Assembly: GCA_049969675.1 (NCBI GenBank)
Contig: JBMFOP010000064.1
Span: forward strand, 1-18,211
Direction of reading: 5' to 3'
Origin: Myxococcota bacterium
Lineage (GTDB): Bacteria > Myxococcota > SpSt-1050
DNA: 18,211 nucleotides
How positions within the stretch are numbered: position 1 is the stretch's first letter; each line of letters begins with the position of its first letter. Positions 1-6,760 of this stretch are shown here, one piece after another. The translations under genes and the position numbers were made by a program. Under the pieces are notes generated by a model. It searched no databases, was not told the origin of the DNA, and saw nothing but the letters and a program-made list of their open reading frames with translations.

Positions 1-1065
1 CGCGCCATCATCGTTTATATCACTGTCGTTCGTCTTTATCGTTATACGACTCTCCTCTTTATATTCTACCTTATCAGGCTTATACCTTATCTCCATATCT
101 ACCATACCCCCTGAACTCAGATATATCGGAGGTTGATACTCCTTCCCTCCATCTACCACATCCACATATCTCACCTCAAATCCATTCCTCCCTAAATCCA
201 CCTTCTCTGCCTCCTTTATCACCAATATCCCCTCCTCTGATGAATTCATTATCGTCACCATTCTCACCACCTCTTCATTTATATCTACATCCCCTACATT
301 CACCACATACTCCTGCCTCTCCCCTCCCTTCGGATATAACACCTCCGGCGGATTTACTCCCCTATCAACTATCTTAAATTCTGGCTCATCCTTATAATGA
401 CTATACAGATATACATCCTTGCTCGGATATTCACTATCAGATGAAATTACCTGTAAATACCCCCTGTCTGGCTCAGAGTCATCCTGCCTGTATATCACCT
501 CTACCACCTCATATGACCCAGATTCTATCTCAAACGGAACTCCCCTATTAGAGACAATATTGTATCTAAACCTCGGATTATCAGGGTCTGGATTCGTATC
601 TGGTGAAAATTTTATCTCATTTATAACAAGCACTCCCTTCCCGACATTCTCAATCGTTACCTCCCTCTTCACCTCCACTCCGTAATGGGCACCACCAAAA
701 TCCACTGTCTCTGGCTCTATCCTTATCTTCCCATAAGTTGTCTCCCCATCCAGAATCCCATCCACATCTGATAAGGTATCTACCGTGGCATCCACAATCT
801 CACGACATACCCCATTCACACATTCCATATTACCAGGACAATCCCCTCTGTTCCTGCAACTTATTCCTCCATCTGCCTTTACACAATACCCATTACTGCA
901 TACCTCCCCTTTATTACATTGTGCTGAATTTGTGCACCTCCTTATAACCACATCCTCTCCCACTACATCCCCTCCGATTGAATTTACCTCATCCCCACAA
1001 TAACACCCCACAATACTTATAAAAAGAGACAGAGCCAGACCTTTCAAAATACTCAACTCTCTCAT
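1..1065 (-). CDS. Surface lipoprotein with two Cys-rich repeats and ASH/choice-of-anchor-D-like Ig domains (3'-truncated by the window edge, 355 codons visible)
   Basis: Manual translation: ATG at 1065, SD TAAGGAGGT at 1072-1080, open to base 1. Starts MRELSILKGLALSLFISIVG-CYC (signal peptide plus lipobox), then CTNSAQCNKGEVCSNGYC and CRNRGDCPGNMECVNGVC, then IRIEPETVDFG..VKREVTIENVGKGVLVI and VNVGDVDINEEVVRMVTIMNSS (ASH-like starts). Absent from the ORF track, probably because no stop codon lies in the window. Confidence 0.85.
   Translation of the reverse strand, partial: MRELSILKGLALSLFISIVGCYCGDEVNSIGGDVVGEDVVIRRCTNSAQCNKGEVCSNGYCVKADGGISCRNRGDCPGNMECVNGVCREIVDATVDTLSDVDGILDGETTYGKIRIEPETVDFGGAHYGVEVKREVTIENVGKGVLVINEIKFSPDTNPDPDNPRFRYNIVSNRGVPFEIESGSYEVVEVIYRQDDSEPDRGYLQVISSDSEYPSKDVYLYSHYKDEPEFKIVDRGVNPPEVLYPKGGERQEYVVNVGDVDINEEVVRMVTIMNSSEEGILVIKEAEKVDLGRNGFEVRYVDVVDGGKEYQPPIYLSSGGMVDMEIRYKPDKVEYKEESRITIKTNDSDINDDGA
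805..936 (-). repeat. Two tandem C-x5-C-x5-C-x4-C protein repeats in the lipoprotein
   Basis: aa 44-61 CTNSAQCNKGEVCSNGYC and aa 70-87 CRNRGDCPGNMECVNGVC have identical Cys spacing and a shared C-x-NG-x-C ending. Confidence 0.85.
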
Positions 1066-1116
1066 AGTCAAACCTCCTTAAAAATCCCCGATAAAACAGG
1101 AATTCACCATACCTGA

Positions 1117-1146
1117 GTTATACATAACAAAAAAAAATCAAGTCAA
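1117..1146 (-). promoter_or_regulatory. Putative sigma70 promoter of the lipoprotein gene (TTGACT-18 nt-TATAAC)
   Basis: Reverse complement of 1141-1146 is TTGACT and of 1117-1122 is TATAAC. The spacer contains an A9/T9 tract (1129-1137). About 50 nt upstream of the ATG. Confidence 0.55.
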
Positions 1147-1483
1147 GAATTATTGTAAATCGGTTTGGGAGAGAATTGAGAGAGAATCAGAAGAAGTTCC
1201 AGAGCCGACAACGGATATATGGATTGTATATAAAGCCTTTTATGTGAAAATTATGTAAAGGTAATGTTGAGAATAGAAAAAAATGGAGAGATTTATTATT
1301 TCACAAAATTACCGGTTCTTCAACCATCATGCTTAACACTATTTCATCATATAAAAGTAAGAAAACTTTATATTGCTAATCTTTAAAATTAAAGAAATTT
1401 AGATTCTCCTCCGGGGTATGCAAAAGTTTTTCTATGAGTTGTTTTTGGGTTATTGCATAATCAGACAGATTATGAGATTTTTA

Positions 1484-1511
1484 TTGATATTGAGATAAAA
1501 CTTTGTAATAT
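1484..1511 (+). promoter_or_regulatory. Possible sigma70 promoter of tnaA (TTGATA-16 nt-TAATAT)
   Basis: TTGATA at 1484-1489 and TAATAT at 1506-1511. The context is AT-rich, so a chance match is possible. Confidence 0.3.
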
Positions 1512-1575
1512 TCTCTCTTAACTATTTTTTGTAATCCTATGCCTCCAATGGATAAACAAAGGAAGGAGATTGAAT

Positions 1576-2940
1576 ATGTTATTTGAACCTTTTAGAATTA
1601 AGATGACAGAGCCAATTAAATTGTTGAGCAGAGAGGAGAGAGAGAAGAGATTGATTGAGGCCCACTATAACCTCTTCTTAATCAAGGCAGAAGATGTAAT
1701 GATAGACCTCCTGACCGATTCCGGCACCGGTTCGATGAGTGCAAATCAGTGGTCTGCGATTATGATAGGTGATGAATCCTATGCCGGTGCTACAAGCTTC
1801 TACAGGTTTGAGGAGACAGTCAGAAAGATTACTGGATTCAAATATATCCTACCGACGCATCAGGGGAGAGCCGCTGAGAGAATCCTCTTTGGACTCGTTG
1901 CAAAGAAGGGGATGGTGATACCTTCAAATACCCACTTTGACACCACGAGGGCACTCATAGAATACAACGGGGCAACCGCACTTGACCTTGTGATTGAGGA
2001 AGGGAAGAGACCCTCAGCAAAGCACCCATTTAAGGGGAATATGGACATAAACAAACTGGAAGATACTATTAAGAAGTTTGGGGTTGAGAATATCCCGCTC
2101 TGTATGATTACTATTACCAACAATTCGGGTGGTGGGCAGCCGGTCTCAATGGAGAATATCAGAGAGACCAAAAGGCTACTTTCAAGATATAATATTCCTC
2201 TATTTATTGATGCCTGTAGATTTGCTGAAAATGCCTATTTTATCAAGAAGAGAGAGAAGGGCTATGAGAATAAGAGCATTTTGGAGATTGCGCGCGAGAT
2301 ATTCAGTTATGCAGACGGTTGCACGATGAGTGCCAAGAAGGATGGACTTGTGAATATTGGTGGCTTTCTGGCATTAAATGATGAGAGGCTTGCCCTTGAG
2401 TCAAAGAATATGTTAATTCTGACAGAGGGGTTCCCTACTTATGGTGGACTTGCTGGAAGGGACCTTGAGGCACTAAGCGTGGGGTTGAATGAGGTACTGG
2501 ATGAGAGTTATCTCTCCTATAGAATAGGACAGGTGGAGTATCTCGGCAATAGACTTATTGAGAATGGTATTCCAATTATAGAACCGACCGGTGGACACGC
2601 TGTCTACATAGATGCGGGTGCATTTCTTCCCCATATAAAGCCAGAAAATTATCCAGCCCAGGCACTCTCAGTGGAATTGTATAGAGAGGGTGGAATCAGG
2701 ACCGTGGAGATTGGTTCTGTGATGTTTGGGAAGAGAGAAGAGTCTGGCAGATTCAAACCGGCTGCGCTGGAATTAGTAAGGCTTGCCATACCGAGAAGGG
2801 TTTATACGATGAGTCATATGGACTATATCGCAGAGGTAGCAGGTAGTATCAAGAATAGGGCTCAGGAAATTAAGGGATATAAGATTACATATGAGTCACC
2901 CTATCTGAGGCACTTCACTGCACACTTTGAACCAGTATAA
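1576..2940 (+). CDS. tnaA: Tryptophanase (tryptophan indole-lyase, PLP-dependent beta-eliminating lyase)
   Basis: Family motifs DLLTDSGT, GDESYAG, THQGRAAE, DACRFAENA and MSAKKD (PLP lysine). Specificity residues are of the tryptophanase type: FDTT (Asp; Thr in tyrosine phenol-lyase), EIGS (ERG in TPL), LRHFTA (His; Phe in TPL). Start placed at ATG 1576, 7 nt after AAGGAG, rather than TTG 1570. Confidence 0.92.
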   Translation: MLFEPFRIKMTEPIKLLSREEREKRLIEAHYNLFLIKAEDVMIDLLTDSGTGSMSANQWSAIMIGDESYAGATSFYRFEETVRKITGFKYILPTHQGRAAERILFGLVAKKGMVIPSNTHFDTTRALIEYNGATALDLVIEEGKRPSAKHPFKGNMDINKLEDTIKKFGVENIPLCMITITNNSGGGQPVSMENIRETKRLLSRYNIPLFIDACRFAENAYFIKKREKGYENKSILEIAREIFSYADGCTMSAKKDGLVNIGGFLALNDERLALESKNMLILTEGFPTYGGLAGRDLEALSVGLNEVLDESYLSYRIGQVEYLGNRLIENGIPIIEPTGGHAVYIDAGAFLPHIKPENYPAQALSVELYREGGIRTVEIGSVMFGKREESGRFKPAALELVRLAIPRRVYTMSHMDYIAEVAGSIKNRAQEIKGYKITYESPYLRHFTAHFEPV

Positions 2941-2963
2941 TTATCATTTATCAGGTAAAAATT

Positions 2964-2991
2964 TTGCTTTAATGGTAAATTGTGATAATAT
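2964..2991 (+). promoter_or_regulatory. Possible promoter of the lipoprotein-ATPase-Tam cluster (TTGCTT-16 nt-TAATAT with TGn extension)
   Basis: TTGCTT at 2964-2969 and TG-a-TAATAT at 2983-2991 in the 89-nt AT-rich gap. SD AAGGAG follows at about 3017. Confidence 0.3.
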
Positions 2992-3029
2992 TTATTAATG
3001 GTTTATTATCTTTGTAAGGAGCTGCCTGT

Positions 3030-3383
3030 ATGTATAGAGTCTTGATAGTAATAATAATCTTCAATTTATTCCCTTTCGGTTGCTCAAGATGCTCAAATGA
3101 GGCTATAAAGAGCGAAGACTGGGCGGCAGAAGTGGCGCTAAATAATGATATATCGGTTCAAGAAGTTTCTGATGTTGTCCAAAATATCACAGATGTCCAG
3201 GAGGGTTCACAGGTAATGTATCCAAACATCCGCTTTGTTCAGACCCCGGATGGGAAGGTGGTGCCCGAGCAGGCATTGAAACTGAAACTCCCAAGGATGC
3301 TGAACCCACAACTCCTGAAAAATGCCACAGGCGGAGAGAAAGAGGGGTCAAAAGGGGGAGAGCCTCAGAAGGGGAAAGAATAA
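3030..3383 (+). CDS. Small hypothetical lipoprotein (117 aa)
   Basis: AAGGAG upstream; MYR plus hydrophobic stretch plus FPFG-CSRCS (lipobox-like); D/V-rich linker; G/E/K-rich tail; ends 3 nt before the next ATG. Confidence 0.7.
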   Translation: MYRVLIVIIIFNLFPFGCSRCSNEAIKSEDWAAEVALNNDISVQEVSDVVQNITDVQEGSQVMYPNIRFVQTPDGKVVPEQALKLKLPRMLNPQLLKNATGGEKEGSKGGEPQKGKE

Positions 3384-3386
3384 TAG

Positions 3387-5198
3387 ATGGTCTCAAATAA
3401 GAATATTACAACTCGTTCACAATTTACATTTGCTTATATACTCTCATTGCTTCTTAAGCGCGGAATAATTACACCCGAGCAACAGAAGGAGCTTCTAATA
3501 GCAGAGAACAGATTTAAGGCGTTGATAATTAAGAACAGGGGACATATTCAAAATGGTATAAAATATATCCGATATGAACCGTCTGCCCCTGAGATTGCAG
3601 AGGCGGCACAGATTGTATATAACAATCAGAAGCTGACCGAGGATGATATAGTTAAGATTGTTGCTGAAGAGCTGAACCTACCATACCTGAAGATAGACCC
3701 ACTGAAGCTCAATGCTGATGTTGTAACCGGTGTGCTTTCAAGACCATTTGCCCGCTCTCATATAGTAATTCCAATTGACATTAGAGATGGAAATATCAGT
3801 ATAGCCATTCATAACCCGTTTGATATGGAATTGATAGAGAATGTTAAGAGGATAACCGGTTACAATACAAAGGTGATTATGGCCTCCAAGACTGATATCC
3901 TGAATGTAATAACTGAATTCTTTGGATTTAAGAAATCTGTTAAAGAGGCAGAGAAACAGATGAACGAAGGGGTGGATATCTCCAACCTTGAGCAGTATGT
4001 AAAACTCAAGTCATTAAATGAGATAGAATACACAGATAGGCATATCGTAAATGCAGTTGAGTACATCCTTCACTACGCCTTTAATCAACGCGCCTCAGAT
4101 ATACATATTGAACCTAAAAGGGAGTTTTCCCAGGTGAGATTTCGCATAGATGGAGTTCTGCACAACATATATAAACTCCCCAAGGTTGTACACAACGCAA
4201 TAATCTCACGAATCAAGACGATGGCAAGAATGGATATTGCAGAGAAGAGAAGACCTCAGGATGGGAGAATCAAGACGAGCCTGGGAGATAGCGAGGTAGA
4301 GCTCAGAATAAGCTCTCTGCCAGTTGCATTTGGGGAGAAGATAGTAATCAGGATATTTGACCCTGAGGTTATGACCAAAGAGCTATTTGAACTCGGTTTT
4401 GGTGATGTGGAACTGGAGCAGTATTCAAAGCTAATTCAGTCACCAAATGGTATGATTCTGGTAACGGGTCCGACCGGCTCCGGAAAGACCACCACTCTCT
4501 ATTCTACTCTGAGAGAGATTGCCACACCGAATGTAAACATTACGACGATTGAAGACCCGATTGAGATGGTATATGACAGCCTCAATCAGACACAGATACA
4601 GCCAAAGATTGACCTCACCTTTGCGACAGCGCTCAGAAATATCCTGAGACAGGACCCGGATATTATTATGGTTGGTGAGATCAGGGACCCGGAGACTGCC
4701 GAGATGGCTGTACACTCTGCCCTGACCGGACATCTCGTCTTCTCAACACTGCATACAAATGATACAGCATCCACAATAGGCAGGATGCTTGAATTGGGCG
4801 TAAAACCATATCTTTTATCTTCAGTCCTGCTCGGTGTCCTTGCCCAGAGACTGGTGAGGGTAATCTGCCCGAATTGTAAGAAGGAGACCATGCTCACACC
4901 CGACCAGATTCAGATGCTCGGAATTGAACTCCCGGAAGGACAGAACCCGAAACTCATCGGCTATTATGGAGAGGGGTGTGTGAAGTGTAGATATACCGGA
5001 TATTTGGGGAGAACAGGCATCTTTGAACTGATGGTGATAAATGATAAAATCAGGAGACTGATTAATGCCCAGGCAGATTCCAAGGAGATTCTAAAGGCGG
5101 CGAGGCTGGATGGGATGAGCACATTGAGAGAGAATGGCATAAAGAAGATTGCACAGGGGATTACAACTGTAGAGGAGGTTCTGCAGGTAACTATCTGA
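3387..5198 (+). CDS. GspE/PulE/PilB-family secretion or pilus-assembly ATPase (603 aa)
   Basis: RASDIHIEP, RFRIDGVL, MDIAEKRRPQDGRI, Walker A GPTGSGKTTTLY, Asp box TIEDPIE, LRQDPDIIMVGEIRD, His box TGHLVFSTLHTND, Zn motif CPNC...CVKC, GRTGIFELM, and an N-terminal T2SSE_N-like domain. Confidence 0.95.
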   Translation: MVSNKNITTRSQFTFAYILSLLLKRGIITPEQQKELLIAENRFKALIIKNRGHIQNGIKYIRYEPSAPEIAEAAQIVYNNQKLTEDDIVKIVAEELNLPYLKIDPLKLNADVVTGVLSRPFARSHIVIPIDIRDGNISIAIHNPFDMELIENVKRITGYNTKVIMASKTDILNVITEFFGFKKSVKEAEKQMNEGVDISNLEQYVKLKSLNEIEYTDRHIVNAVEYILHYAFNQRASDIHIEPKREFSQVRFRIDGVLHNIYKLPKVVHNAIISRIKTMARMDIAEKRRPQDGRIKTSLGDSEVELRISSLPVAFGEKIVIRIFDPEVMTKELFELGFGDVELEQYSKLIQSPNGMILVTGPTGSGKTTTLYSTLREIATPNVNITTIEDPIEMVYDSLNQTQIQPKIDLTFATALRNILRQDPDIIMVGEIRDPETAEMAVHSALTGHLVFSTLHTNDTASTIGRMLELGVKPYLLSSVLLGVLAQRLVRVICPNCKKETMLTPDQIQMLGIELPEGQNPKLIGYYGEGCVKCRYTGYLGRTGIFELMVINDKIRRLINAQADSKEILKAARLDGMSTLRENGIKKIAQGITTVEEVLQVTI

Positions 5199-5209
5199 GA
5201 GGTAATTCT

Positions 5210-6691
5210 ATGAATCTCAAGGAAGAGATACTCTCATATTACAATTCAAAATATCCCTACATCTACATCATAACATATGAAGAGGATAGAGTCTTGTCTA
5301 CCCTCTCCGAGATATCCTCCGAATTAAAGATTCCGCTTGATATCTGGAGTGCATCATCAAGGAATAATAAGTTTGTAAAAGAAGACCCGGTGCTATCAGT
5401 CCTTGGACTATTTGAGCAACTTGCTACTGAGAATCAGAAGAGGATACTTTTACTTAAGGACTTTCATATATTTATTACACATCCAGTTATTATGCGAATG
5501 ATGAGGGATATTGTTCACATTCTTGTCAGCAGAGGCTCCGTTGTGATTATTACATCCCCGCTCTTTGAGGTACCATCTGAGATATCCAAGGATGTGGCTG
5601 TAATTGATTTACCACTTCCGAATTATTCTGAATTGAGAGATGTCTTTAATCGTGTGCTTGTAGAGAGGTCAATTGTATTCCCGGAGGAGTTTGTGGAGAC
5701 TATAATCAGGGCTTCCCGTGGACTTACCTTAATGGAGGCATACAGGGTATTTAACAGGGCGCTCGCAAAAGGTGGAGATTACAAACTGGACGACATTGAC
5801 CTTGTAGTGGAGGAGAAGAGAAAGATTATCCGCAAATACGATATGCTGGACTATATTGAGCCTGAAGATGATATTAGTGCTGTGGGAGGGCTCTTTGAAT
5901 TGAAGAGGTGGCTCATAGAGAGAGAGAAGGCATTCTCTGATCAGGCACATAACTTCGGTCTGCCAGCCCCGAAGGGGCTTCTGCTATTGGGTGTTCAGGG
6001 GTGTGGTAAATCGCTGATGGCAAGGGCTATTGCAAATATGTGGAAGCTCCCGCTTCTGAGACTGGATATGGCATCACTCTATACATCCGATAGCACACCC
6101 GAAGAGGCACTGCGGACTGCAATTAAAGTGGCTGGCTCCCTTGAGCCAGTTGTACTGTGGATTGATGAGATTGAAAAGGGGCTATCTGGCGCAAAAGATG
6201 AGAGGGAATCCAGCACCTCCCGTTCATTCGGGATGTTTATCACATGGATGCAGGAGAAGAAGGAGGCGGTATTTGTGGTAGCAACTGCAAATAATGTCTC
6301 TAATCTACCACCCGAACTCCTAAGAAAGGGGAGATTTGACGAGATATTCTTCATTGATTTACCCGATGTCCACGAGCGAGAGGAGATATTCAGAATTCAT
6401 CTCAAGAAGAGGGGAAGAGAACCCAATAGATATAATATAGAATACTTTGTAAGACTGACAGAGCACTTCAGTGGCGCTGAGATTGAACAGGTTATAATCG
6501 CCGCACTATTTAAGGCATTTTCAGAGGGAAGGGAGCTCACAGATAGAGATATAGAAATATCCATTAAAGAGACCGTTCCACTATATGAGACATACGAGGA
6601 GAATATAAAGGCACTCCGTGATTGGGCATCTAATAGAACCCGTTTTGCAACTGTAAGCTCCACGCTACTGGATATGTTCAAAAAGAGCTGA
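5210..6691 (+). CDS. Ycf46-like AAA+ ATPase (493 aa; degenerate N-terminal module, intact C-terminal module)
   Basis: N-terminal YIITYEEDRV and LLLKDFH; VGGLFELKRWL; Walker A PKGLLLLGVQGCGKSL; Walker B VLWIDEIEK; FVVATAN; LPPELLRKGRFDEIFFIDLP; FSGAEIEQ; IKALRDWA. These match the Ycf46-type pattern. Confidence 0.88.
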   Translation: MNLKEEILSYYNSKYPYIYIITYEEDRVLSTLSEISSELKIPLDIWSASSRNNKFVKEDPVLSVLGLFEQLATENQKRILLLKDFHIFITHPVIMRMMRDIVHILVSRGSVVIITSPLFEVPSEISKDVAVIDLPLPNYSELRDVFNRVLVERSIVFPEEFVETIIRASRGLTLMEAYRVFNRALAKGGDYKLDDIDLVVEEKRKIIRKYDMLDYIEPEDDISAVGGLFELKRWLIEREKAFSDQAHNFGLPAPKGLLLLGVQGCGKSLMARAIANMWKLPLLRLDMASLYTSDSTPEEALRTAIKVAGSLEPVVLWIDEIEKGLSGAKDERESSTSRSFGMFITWMQEKKEAVFVVATANNVSNLPPELLRKGRFDEIFFIDLPDVHEREEIFRIHLKKRGREPNRYNIEYFVRLTEHFSGAEIEQVIIAALFKAFSEGRELTDRDIEISIKETVPLYETYEENIKALRDWASNRTRFATVSSTLLDMFKKS

Positions 6692-6760
6692 ATCAGAAAT
6701 ATAAAATAATTTGAAAGAAGTCTATTATCTGATAAAGTATAACCTCGTTGGGAAGACTCT

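Noticed and set aside
419..1003. Three plus-strand ORFs (419-685, 738-947, 785-1003)
   Set aside because: They are antisense shadows of the minus-strand lipoprotein gene. Their S/P/T/H/L-rich composition follows from the strand skew.
1539..1586. Short ORF MPPMDKQRKEIEYVI overlapping the tnaA start, considered as a TnaC-like leader
   Set aside because: No Trp, no terminal Pro-stop, no SD, and it overlaps tnaA rather than preceding it.
1570..2940. Tyrosine phenol-lyase assignment and the TTG 1570 start
   Set aside because: Diagnostic residues are of the tryptophanase type, and SD spacing favours ATG 1576.
3387..5198. Calling the locus a complete type II secretion or type IV pilus system
   Set aside because: No platform, pilin, prepilin peptidase or secretin gene is present in the window.
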